A DNA stretch of 63,959 nt, counting the filler, from Octopus bimaculoides (lineage: Eukaryota), in NCBI RefSeq assembly GCF_001194135.2. It is 9 parts of 9 records of this genome, joined end to end, with 100 filler letters (N's around TTAATTAATTAA, not from the genome) between each part and the next. Parts side by side here need not be neighbours in the genome. Positions count along the whole stretch, not along the records: positions 36,565 to 46,999 come from NW_026384504.1; positions 47,100 to 58,425 come from NC_068988.1; 7 more parts are not named here. One strand, written 5' to 3'. Positions 36,833-47,622 of this stretch are shown piece by piece (position 1 is the first letter of the stretch; every line of letters starts with the position of its first letter). The notes beneath the pieces were generated by a model. It was given only the letters and a program-made list of their open reading frames with translations. It searched no databases and was not told the DNA's origin. The translations under genes and the position numbers were made by a program.

Positions 36833-37902
36833 TCTTAGATACCCTAAATTATAATTTTTATATATATATATATATATATATATGTGGCCTGGCCCACTGT
36901 TGTTTATGATGACAAGTATTTCAGTTAATTTGATCAACAAACAGCCTGCTCGTGAAATTAACATGCAAGTGGCTGATACATGTACCCTTCATGTAGTTCT
37001 AAGGGAGATTCAGCATGAGACATAATGTGACAAGGTTCGCCTTTTGAATTAGTTTCTGCCAGCTAAGTCAATGAGGATATTGGGAAACAAAGTGTCTTGC
37101 TCAAGTACTCAATATACTGATGGGATTGAATTTACCTTAAGATCAGGAGCCTAAAACCATAATCACTAAGCCAGGCATGTTCACAGTGTGTGTGTGTGGG
37201 TGGGTGGGTGTGTGAGTTTTCTTTGAGTTTAATTTAAGTTCTTCTTAACCCATTACCTACCAGTGATCTCATATGAGATCACTTAAAATTTACAAATTTC
37301 GTAATTATCTGTCAATATTTACGCATATCTAACCTTTTTGTTATATCTACTAGGTATATTTCTCTGATATTCAAATGAGGTTTACTAATTTTTCACCCAA
37401 TATCTCGCTTATTTCTATTTAAAATGTTATTTTGAAATGTTATTTTGATCATTCCAGCGTGTTTCTAAGGCTGTTTTATGCTAGAAATCAAAGCTTCATA
37501 AAAAAAATTCCAGTTAATAGAATTATGGGAAGTAATGGGTTAAGAGAGTTCAAGCCAGTTACTAAAAAAGTGACAAGACTTTTTGAGTGAAGAGAGTTCC
37601 TAGTGTTTGTAAATATGTATGTATGTGCACGAATATATGTATATATTTTACTGATGTACATCTGCAAAGGATGTAAACATTAGAAAGAAAACCAAAAAGC
37701 CAGTGCTTTTGAACTTTGAACAAAAGCTCCTTATGTGGTATTTAGTTTGCACCAAACTGCAGAGGTAATCCCTTGTAACTTGCTATCAGATGATGCAGGT
37801 AACCAGTGGTTAATCCATTGGAAACTTGTAACCCATGATATTGTTGTCTACCAAATGTGATATAAAATGATTAAATGATAATTAACTTTTTTTGCTATTC
37901 AG

Positions 37903-38052
37903 CTATCCAATGTGAAAATAAGATGGTATACCTTGAATGTGGACCTGCCAATCCACCAACATGTTATGATGATAAATCTGCGAAAATATTTGCTAATTCT
38001 CCATCATATTGTGTTGAAGGATGTTTTTGTCCACCTGGGCTTCTCCTTGATG
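37903..38052 (+). CDS. SCO-spondin/mucin/vWF-like protein, TIL-domain exon
   Basis: Acceptor TTTTTTTGCTATTCAG| and donor ATG|GTAAAA. 150 nt, phase 1-1. Translation IQCENKMVYLECGPANPPTCYDDKSAKIFANSPSYCVEGCFCPPGLLLD has TIL Cys spacing. Confidence 0.92.
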
Positions 38053-38810
38053 GTAAAATAATTATATTCAATTCTTGTGAATTTTATTTTGATTTATTTA
38101 ATTTAGTGTTTAACTCTTTAGCATTTAAACCAGCCATATCTGGCCCAATATTCTACCTGGTCTCTCACACCTACCTTACAATGTCATTCTATCAGGTCAT
38201 CCCATAAGTTCTGTCCGATTTTACCTTTTTTAAAACTGAATGAAATTTAATAGTATTTTAGAATGTCTAATGGAGTTCTTTGCTTTGAAACCAAAAGAGT
38301 TTTACATCGATGGAATTAAAAAGCTTGTAAATAGATGGAAGGAAGTCATAGATAATCAGGGAAAGTACATTGAGGATTAAATTTCAATTAAATATAACGT
38401 TTGATCACTTGTTTTCTTTATCCAAAATTTGGACAGGGATGACCTGATAGAAACAAAAAATTATATCATCAAAATCTCAAAGCTACAAGGTCATGAATGA
38501 TTAATTAAAAACAGTGTAAATAAATAAACATTACACTTGACAGAATAATCTATATGCTAAAGGGTTAAAGAAGTTTATGTTTGGTTGAAAAGTTCATTTA
38601 TATATTTTTATAAACGAGATAGAATAATACGTTTGCATTTTAAATACAGGTATATATTAGATATTACAATGGAATAGGTTTAAAAGCTGAAAAACTGATT
38701 TAGCAAAAATCCTGTCTCCTTAAGTTACTCAAGAATTTGTATCCATATAGACTACACAAAGCAAGTTAACTAATGAATCCCATATGTCTCCTTTTTTTTT
38801 TTTTTTAAAC

Positions 38811-39197
38811 TCTTTTTTACTGGTTTCAGTCATTTGACTGTGGCCATGCTGGAGCACCGCCTTTAGTCGAGCATATCGACCCCAGGACTTATTCTTTGTA
38901 AGCCTAGTACTTATTCTATCGGTCTCTATTGCCGAACCGCTAAGTTACGGGGACGTAAACACACCAGCATTGGTTGTCGGGCGATGTTGTGGGGACAAAC
39001 ACAGACATACAAACATATACACACACATACATATATATACATATATACGATGGCCTTCTTTCAGTTTCCGTCTACCAAATCCACTCACAAGGCTTTAGTC
39101 TGCCCGAGGCCATAGTAGAAGACCCTTGCCCAAGGTGCCACGCAGTGGGACTGAACCCGGAACCATGTGGCTGGTAAGCAAGCTACTTACCACACAG
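38811..39197 (-). mobile_element. SINE family A (intronic, antisense)
   Basis: Full head and tail in reverse orientation. Confidence 0.88.
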
Positions 39198-39452
39198 TTC
39201 ATGGAAGAATTTCAGCTCAGACCTACTGGAGTACTTTTCCCATTAATGGTGGCAAGCTGTGTTGATTCACAGTGTAGTAGGATGAGTTACTGATTGTTTG
39301 GTGATTTTATTAAGGATAGAAATTGTTAACTCCTCAATCTGTCTCAAAAATGTATCTTTTTAGTAATTTCTCTATGGCTAACAAATGAATTTCAACAGAA
39401 AAGCATAACATCTTAGAGTACTGTTTTATATAAAGTATTTCTTTTGATATAG

Positions 39453-39549
39453 GAGGAAAGTGTGTTACCAGGGATGAATGTCCATGTCACATCGATGGAA
39501 AGTTTTTTTCTCCTGGATCAGTTATTTTGAAAAAGAATTGTATGAATTG
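39453..39549 (+). CDS. Same gene: end of TIL and start of TILa/VWC-like module
   Basis: Acceptor TTTCTTTTGATATAG| and donor TTG|GTAATG. 97 nt, phase 1 to 2. Translation GGKCVTRDECPCHIDGKFFSPGSVILKKNCMN(C) continues the previous exon in frame. Confidence 0.92.
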
Positions 39550-39682
39550 GTAATGTATTACAAATTATTTACCTTTTCATTTTTTAAATCACCTCCACCA
39601 TACTATGGTTTCTGAAATTATTAAATAAATAAATAATATTATTTACATTTGACGGATATTTGTCCTCATCTTGTTTGTTGTT

Positions 39683-39728
39683 AACACAAAGTTTCGGCTG
39701 ATATACCCTCCAGCCTTCGTCAGGTGTC
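39683..39728 (-). ncRNA. Hammerhead-like fold in Penelope-like terminal repeat, probably inactivated
   Basis: The minus strand reads GACAC CUGACGA A GGCUG-GAGGGUAUAU-CAGCC GAAAC UUU GUGUU. Stems I and II pair. There is an extra A after the core, and U where G16.2 is expected. Confidence 0.5.
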
Positions 39729-40792
39729 TTGGGGAAATTTCGAACCTGGGTTCTCATTCCTAACGATGTTACTATTATTATATTATTATTATTATTAATA
39801 CTATTATTAATCAGGTCGCTGCCGTGAATCGAACTCGGAACCTTGGGGTTAGTAGCCCGCACTCTTAACCACTACACCATATGCCCGTAGGCAATTATGG
39901 GGTGAATTTTAAGGCTTATAAATCTATTATTTTTCTATCCTTCCTCAATACCGGTTCCCATATGCTATTCATATCTGCACTCGGTCTGCTTAGGAGGTTG
40001 TTGTGTCCTAGCATATGTGCTGCTTCTTTTAGTTTTCGTATTTTCCAGTGTTGTTCCCTGTCTATTATTTTAACTGTATTAATTAAATAAACAATATTTT
40101 TGATTAGGAAAAAGTAATTCAGTTTCCCTGAGTGATGCAGTTATCCAATGGATCACATTATCATTTCACACTTTCAGGGACTTCCATATGTTTCTTCTGG
40201 AGATTGTAGCAAGATGTTTGTTAGTTTGGTGCCATACGAATGGCATATTCATAGACTTCTTTATTAGTGAACACAGGACCTAGCAGACCATCTTGTCCTG
40301 AGAGGAACACAGCCCATTGCTTTTCCTGCAAGCTTGTCTATTACTTATTCTATATTCTAAGGCAAAAAAAATAAGTCAACACAGGAACTGCTACATAGAT
40401 ACTCGTCCTTTAAATAATGGTCAAACTATCTTCCATCCTAGCATGGGTTGGACGATATGACTGAGGACTGGTGAACCAGATGGCTACACCAGGCTCCAAT
40501 CTGATTTGGCAGAGTTTCTACAGCTGGATGCCCTTCCTAACGCCAACCACTCCAAGAGTGTAGTGCATGCTTTTACATGCCACCGGCACGAAGGCCAGTC
40601 AGGCGGTACTGGCACCAGCCACGCTCAAGTGGTGTTTTTTACGTGCCACCTGCACAGGAGCCAATCCAGCGGCAATAACCTCCTGTTTACATATAAATGA
40701 TTGATAGAATTCTGTTTAAATTACATTCAGCCACAGGTTTTACTGAGCCAAGTTCAGTGAGCTGAGTATTTGGTATTTAGTTTCATTTTTTT

Positions 40793-40987
40793 TTTTTTTT
40801 ACATGTTTCAATCATTAGATTGTGGCCATGCTGGGGCACCACCAGTCAACCAAATCCAACCCCAGTACTTATCTTTTTTAAAGCCTATTACTTATTATAT
40901 CAGTCCCTTTTCCCACATTGCTAAGTTACAGGGATGTAAACACACCAACACCAGTTGTCAAGTGGTGGAAGGTACAAATACAGATAT

Positions 40988-41038
<51 letters not shown>

Positions 41039-41220
41039 AATATATATATATTTATATATATGACAGGCTTCTTTCAGTTTCCATCTACCAAATCCACTCA
41101 CAAGACTTTGGTTGGTATGAGGTTATATTAGAAGACACTTGCCCAATATGCTATGCAGTGGGACTGAACCTGGAACCATGTGGTTCAGAAGCAAATTTCT
41201 TACCATACAGTGATACCTAT
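40793..41220 (-). mobile_element. SINE family A (intronic, antisense)
   Basis: Full head and tail in reverse orientation. Confidence 0.85.
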
Positions 41221-41307
41221 GTCTATTGAAAAGAAAAATTATCATAATAAACAGTGATTTATTGTTTTTAATTGCTATTTTGTATTTCAATATCATATTA
41301 TTTTCAG

Positions 41308-41462
41308 TACTTGTACCAAGGGTGACTTACTTTGCGTGAACACTACATGTAAAAAATGTAATATGGATGAGTTTGAATGTGCCCCAGGGACATGTATTAT
41401 GAAAAACAGAGTATGTGATGGTTACATTGATTGTGAAGAAGGAACTGATGAAGAAGATTGTC
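41308..41462 (+). CDS. Same gene: end of VWC-like module plus one LDL-receptor class A repeat
   Basis: Acceptor ATATTATTTTCAG| and donor GTC|GTAAGT. 155 nt, phase 2 to 1. Translation TCTKGDLLCVNTTCKKCNMDEFECAPGTCIMKNRVCDGYIDCEEGTDEEDC contains the LDLa CDG..DC..G.DE..C motif. Confidence 0.93.
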
Positions 41463-41544
41463 GTAAGTTATATGTTTAATACTTTGAAACTGGTGCAATG
41501 GCTGAATAGAAAGACAACTGTTGATTTATAAGGTCATGAATCCA

Positions 41545-42110
41545 TATCAAATAGCAAGTGGGGAGGGAGGGTGCACTGAAAGTGTTGCTGCTAGAATAAA
41601 AATAGCCTGGGCAAAGTTCAGAGAGCTCTTACCTCTGCTGGTGACAAAGGGCCTGTCACTCAGAGTAAAAGGCAGACTGTATGACACATGTACACGAACA
41701 GCCATGCTACATGGCAGTGAAACATGGGCCGTGACTGCTGAGGACATGCATAAGCTTGCAAGAAACGAAGCCAGTATGCTTCGATGGATGTGTAATGTCA
41801 GTGTGAATACCTGACAGAGTGTAAGTACCTTGAGAGAAAAGTTAGACCTAAGAAGCATCAGTTGTGGTGTGCAAGAGAGACGATTGCGCTGGTATGGTCA
41901 TGTGGCAAGAATGGGTGAGGATAGCTGTGTGAAAAAGTGCCACACCCTAGTGGTTGAGGGAACCTGTGGAAGAGGCAGACCCAGGAAGACCTGGGATGAG
42001 GTGGTAAAGCACGACCTTCGAACTTTAGGCCTCACCGAGGCAATGACCAGTGACCGAGACCTTTGGAAATAGGTAGTACGTGAGAAGACCCGGCAAGCCA
42101 AGTGAGAGCA
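41545..42110 (+). mobile_element. RTE (BovB-like) LINE 3' fragment in an intron
   Basis: ARIKIAWAKFRELLPLL..KGRLY..MLHGSETW..EASMLRWMC..LRWYGHV.RM..GRGRPRKTWDEVV. Confidence 0.92.
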
Positions 42111-42524
42111 CAATCTGTGGCCTCTGCCAGAAGTGTAGCCAGCTCACTAATCCGTATCTTTACTCCATTTGACACTAAAAACCTTGCTTGCTCATGTGTG
42201 ATTTTGGGTGTGCACACTCATAGGGTAGAGACTATCATATTTAACACACAAATTCTTAACAAAGAAAAGGACAGAAAGAAATGATAATCAAACATTTGGG
42301 GAAGATGAAATTTGCAATGTGTGTCATGTTAATACCACTTTGAAGATTACCAGAAGTGAGGAATGAAAGTGTGTTCATGCGCAAGGGTACAGAAGGAGAA
42401 ATAAGTTCAGAGAGAGAGGGGAGGAGAAAGGGTGAAAGAGAAAGTGTGTATGTGTGTGAATATTTGTTTATTTCGTTTTGTCTTAAATACATTGTATTAC
42501 AAGATATCTATTTTGAATTTTCAG

Positions 42525-42563
42525 CATCAACAGTGGCTCCATATACTACATTTATGACAACAG
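42525..42563 (+). CDS. Same gene: 39-nt Ser/Thr-rich micro-exon
   Basis: Acceptor TTTTGAATTTTCAG| and donor CAG|GTTTGT. Phase 1-1, in frame with the LDLa exon: (P)STVAPYTTFMTT. Confidence 0.75.
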
Positions 42564-42670
42564 GTTTGTGAAGATTATCATATGATATGATTTCTTATGT
42601 TTGTATCTTAATTCAGTATAAATGTGAATGTATGTATGTATGCATATTTATATATATATATATATATATA

Positions 42671-43060
42671 GGTGCAGGAGTGGCTATGTGGTAAGTAGCT
42701 TGCTTACCAACCACATGGTTATGGGTTCAGTCCGACTGCGTGGCACCTTGGGCAAGTGTCTTCTATTATAGCCTCGGGCTGATCAAAGCCTTGTGAGTGG
42801 ATTTGGTAGACATAAACTGAAAGAAGCCCGTCGTATATATATATGTATATATGTATGTTTGCATGTCTGTGTTTGTCCCCCAACATCGCTTGACAACCGA
42901 TGCTGGTTTGTTTACGTCCCTGCAACTTAGCAGTTCAGCAAAAGAGACCAATAGAATAAGTACTAGAACAAAGAACAAGTCTTGGAGTCGATTTGTTTCG
43001 ACTAGAGGCGGTGCTCCAGCATGGCCGCAGCCAAATGACTGAAACAAATAAAAGAATAAA
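42671..43060 (+). mobile_element. SINE family A (intronic, sense)
   Basis: GGTGCAGGAGTGGCTATGTGGTAAG..GCTCCAGCATGGCCGCAGCCAAATGACTGAAAC. Confidence 0.88.
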
Positions 43061-44163
43061 TAAATAATAAACAAGCTACTTACCAAACAGCCACTCTTTA
43101 TGTGTAACCGTAAACTAAAAAGTTTTTTAAAGGATTTGGAAAAAAGAATGTAAGAGATTCTAGATAACATTGAAACTATTTATATGGAAACATTCATTAA
43201 CATAAGCAAATGACTTTAGTGACTGGTTAGAATTGTTTGCATGTCAGTTAAAAGAATTGTAATCAGTTGTATAAGCCGTTTGTTGTCCTGTAAATGGAGG
43301 AGTCATTATAACAAGTTGACATTGTTGTTTGTGTGTTTAGCAGTCATTATAAAAAATTATATAAGTTGTACATGGAAAAGAATTGTAATAATTACTATAT
43401 GTCAATCATAATCACCTAAGGGAATGACTCAAATTAACGAGTCAACATTATTTTTGATTGCGAGTATACCAAAATGATTATGAAAATTGCTATATGCAGT
43501 AAATGTTAAAGAATTAGAATGATTTGTGTAAGTTAATTATAATCAAATAAGCAGATAACTAGTAGTAATGAGTCAACATTGTTGTTTGAATGATTGTCAA
43601 AATGATTATTTAAGTTAGTGTATGCTTATTATAATCTTGTAGTAATTACAATAATATGAAAGGCCCAATGTTAATCAGATAAGGGTGATATATCGGATAG
43701 AAAGTTCAGAGAAAGCATTTATCTCCCAAATGTAAGAAATAGATATAAAATTCTCAGAAAGATGGTTCAATTTATTCTCTCAAAACAAAATTTGTAATAT
43801 GTGGAGTACTGATTATAACAAGTTAGTATATCCAGGTAAATAGAGAATTCATTGTAATATTTTCAGGGGCAATTAGAAGAATATAATAGTTATAATAGCA
43901 ACAAGGTGAGGACATTAATCGGAGGAGGTCATACAATATCCAATATAAATTATAGTTATGGAAAGTATATATCTGGAATATAGAAAGATATATAGTGTTC
44001 ATATGGACATAGATAATTTAATATTTTAATATCTCAAAAATGTAATGTAAAATAAGCTGAAGCATCTAGACAGCAGATCAGAATTGCTGATTATATGTGA
44101 ATTGAAATGATTGCAAAAATCTGAAAACACAGAATAAAATCATGTGACGGTAATAATCTAAAA

Positions 44164-44442
44164 CAGGGGTTTTCAAACTTCTTGACTTGCGGACCCCTTT
44201 ATATTTCAGGCTTTACCTTAGGGACCCCCTTATAAATGCTTATGAAATTTATACATAAATATTTGCTTAAAATAACATATATTTTTACATTTATTTATTT
44301 AACAGTATTTAACAAATAGGTTTATTGTCAATTAAAAGATTTCGATTAAAAACCATATATAGAATCAAATTGCTCATAAAAAGTATTTGCTGTCCACGGA
44401 CCCCCTGTCTTGTCCTTGTGGACCACAGTTTGAAAACCCCTG
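44164..44442. mobile_element. hAT (Charlie-type) MITE
   Basis: Perfect 16-bp TIR CAGGGGTTTTCAAACT and perfect 8-bp TSD ATCTAAAA (44156-44163 and 44443-44450). Confidence 0.92.
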
Positions 44443-45591
44443 ATCTAAAAGACAAATTTAGGTTTTTGCTAGAAAGTGCAGCTAAAACAAGATTGTATTG
44501 TTCTTTTGTTATTTTTGTTTGTAGTGAACTTTGTAAATACACGTCAGAAATACACTAAATTCATTGCTGTACTTATTGTAAACTCTTACTTCATGAATGA
44601 CATCCTTGTATATGATTTGGACACTTATCCCAAGCTTCTCTCAGCTTGAATAATTGCTTCAATGTGTCTGGGAAGAGATGCATACAAATCCTTCACCATC
44701 TTTGCATGTATGAGATGCCATTCTTTGTGACAGAGCTCCTACAGCTATTCAAGAGTGCATGGATTCTTCTGATGGACTCTTCTCTTTGGTATCATGGTTC
44801 ACTCTTTCACCCTTCATGATGAACAAACGCCTAAAAAAATTAGCCAGAAAATCTTGAATGCAAGATATTTTAAAAGGCAAACACTATGTCATGTCAATAG
44901 TTTTAAATTACTACAAGTGAGAGAAGTTACAGATTTCATACAAAAGAGTACAGAGATGTGCTTAGGTTGTGAGTCTGTGTGTGTACAATGATTTCTCTTG
45001 AGGATAATATATATTCTGTTGTGTCTGGGGAGAGTCATTTTCTTATTGTGCCTTGAAATTTAACACACTCACCGTTAAAATTTCTACTTATTTCTTATTT
45101 TTATTTTCCTAAAATTTTCGGTGCATCNNNNNNNNNNNNNNNNNNNNNNNNNNNNNNNNNNNNNNNNNNNNNNNNNNNNNNNNNNNNNNNNNNNNNNNNN
45201 NNNNNNNNNNNNNNNNNNNNNNNNNNNNNNNNNNNNNNNNNNNNNNNNNNNNNNNNNNNNNNNNNNNNNNNNNNNNNNNNNNNNNNNNNNNNNNNNNNNN
45301 NNNNNNNNNNNNNNNNNNNNNNNNNNNNNNNNNNNNNNNNNNNNNNNNNNNNNNNNNNNNNNNNNNNNNNNNNNNNNNNNNNNNNNNNNNNNNNNNNNNN
45401 NNNNNNNNNNNNNNNNNNNNNNNNNNNNNNNNNNNNNNNNNNNNNNNNNNNNNNNNNNNNNNNNNNNNNNNNNNNNNNNNNNNNNNNNNNNNNNNNNNNN
45501 NNNNNNNNNNNNNNNNNNNNNNNNNNNNNNNNNNNNNNNNNNNNNNNNNNNNNNNNNNNNNNNNNNNNNNNNNNNNNNNNNNNNNNNNNNN

Positions 45592-45885
45592 GTTCTTGTT
45601 ATGTAAAAGAAGGGAAGACGACACTTCAAAACGACATTTTTTTTAGTTGTTGCAGCACCCATTTCTCAAGTATTTTTGCTTTTCCAGTCTCTTTCAAGTG
45701 GTTGGAAATTGTCGTATACGTTACACCTAATTCAGAAGCAAGCTCTCGAACAGTTGTGTGTGGATTGGCCTCGACTAAGGCTCTTAGTTGATCGTTGTCA
45801 ACATCCAATGGCCGACCACTACGCTTATCATCTTCAAGACTCTCATCACTGCTACGAAAGTTCTTGAACCAGAATTGTGTACATA
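45592..45885 (-). mobile_element. Mariner transposase fragment
   Basis: QFWFKNFRSSDESLEDDKRSGRPLDVDNDQLRALVEANPHTTVRELASELGV..ISNHLKETGK..LEKWV contains the SGRP and WVPH-type motifs. It runs into a gap. Confidence 0.88.
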
Positions 45886-46197
45886 CGCACACATATAAAC
45901 ACAGAAGTATCTATGTAAAACAACAATATAAAGAGATAGTATCATATTTCACTTTTTAGCCCATCCCAAGGAACAAAAGCCTAAAAACTTAGCCAGAAAA
46001 TAGTAAATGTAGGATATTTTATAGGCAAACACTATGTCATGTCAATAGTTTTAAATTACCACAACTGAGAATAGTTCCAGATTTCATGCAAAAAGAGTAC
46101 AGAAAGGGGAGATGGGCTTAGATTGTGTGTCTGTGTGTCTACAAAGATTTCTCTCCAAGATGATATATATTACAATTTCCATATTCTAACATTTCAG

Positions 46198-46224
46198 CAT
46201 CAACTCCATACTCGGCATCTACAG
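46198..46224 (+). CDS. Same gene: 27-nt Ser/Thr-rich micro-exon
   Basis: Acceptor ATTCTAACATTTCAG| (with branch-like CTAAC) and donor CAG|GTCAGT. Phase 1-1: (A)STPYSAST. Begins CATCAAC and ends ACAG like the 39-nt exon. Confidence 0.68.
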
Positions 46225-46599
46225 GTCAGTGATTATATATTTATGTAATATAAACTTGTGTTTATTTTGTAAATCAAGATAGATCTTAATCATGATCATC
46301 ATCATCATCATTTAGCATCTGCTTTCCATGCTGGCATGGGTTAGACACTTTGGCTGAAACTGGAAAGCCGGAGAGATGCAGCGATTTCCAGTTTGATTTC
46401 GCATGGTTTCCATGGCTGCATGCCCTTCCTAATGCCAACCACTCCAAAGGATGATTTTTACCTGCCACCGGCAATGATGTTTTTATGTGCCTCAAGTATG
46501 GGTGCCACTTACATGGCACTGGTATTGGCCACACCTAAGATTTCACTTACCTTGATGAGTCTTCTTAAGGATGGCTTATGCCAAAGGTATCGGTCAAAT

Positions 46600-46935
46600 C
46601 CCATTACCTCTGTGAGACCCAATGTTCAACTATCATGCTTCACCATCTCCTCTTATGTCTTCCTAGGTCTAGCTCTTCTGCAGGTTTCCTCTACAGAGAT
46701 CTGAACTTCTTTACACAGCTGTATTCATTCATATGCATCATATGACCATACCAGTACAGTTGTCTCTCTTACACACCACATACAATGTCCCTTATACCGA
46801 ACTTTTCTCTCAAGATGCTTACACCCTATTGTACATGTCCACTGACATTGCACATCCAGCAAAGCATATGAGCTTCATTTCTTTCAAGCCTACACATGTC
46901 CTCAGTAGTCTCAGCCCATGTTTCACTGCCACAGA
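46600..46935 (-). mobile_element. RTE LINE 3' fragment, same family as 41545-42110
   Basis: The minus strand gives EDMCRLERNEAHMLCWMCNVS..LREKFGIR..YWYGHMMHM..CVKK..RPRKT. Confidence 0.8.
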
Positions 46936-47138
46936 GTTAAATGAAGATGATGATATATATATATATATATATATACATATAAATATATGTGTATATATTN
47001 NNNNNNNNNNNNNNNNNNNNNNNNNNNNNNNNNNNNNNNNNNNTTAATTAATTAANNNNNNNNNNNNNNNNNNNNNNNNNNNNNNNNNNNNNNNNNNNNA
47101 ATCCTTAGCACATAGGACAAAGGTCTGAGTGACATTTC

Positions 47139-47622
47139 TTCTGGCTCTTGATGTTCTAAGCTCAAATTCCACCAAGGTCAACCCTCCCTTTCATTGATAA
47201 AATAAAGTACAAGTCAAGTACAGGAGTTAATGTAATCAACTTGTTCCCTCCTCTCAGAATTGCTAGCCTTGAATCCTGCAATGGACTGGCATCCTCTTCA
47301 GGAGAAATGTGATCTTGGTCATTTATATACACTTGAAACTGGCAAACCAGCTTTATGAGTCCTAGCGCTGCAGCAAAATTATAAAACAAGAATGGTGAGG
47401 AGAAATTGATAGTGGTGGTGGTCAGAAGGAAAAACAAAAGAGAATGGCAGAGTTGTAGTGTAAGGTGCTGGAGGGTGTAAAAGTGTTGGTATAGGATGAA
47501 GATAATGATGGGTGCAATGATGTTGATCTACATGTGAGGATTGTAGTGGTAGTGGATATAGTAAGTGTTTGTGAATAGTGTAGAAGTGAGATGACCAAAG
47601 CTAATTGGTGGTGAGTTGTACA
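47139..47622. repeat. 484-bp inverted duplication, copy 1 (partner 52087-52570)
   Basis: Reverse complement of 52087-52570 with about five substitutions by eye. The ORF track shows near-identical 91-aa pseudo-ORFs on opposite strands. Confidence 0.93.
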
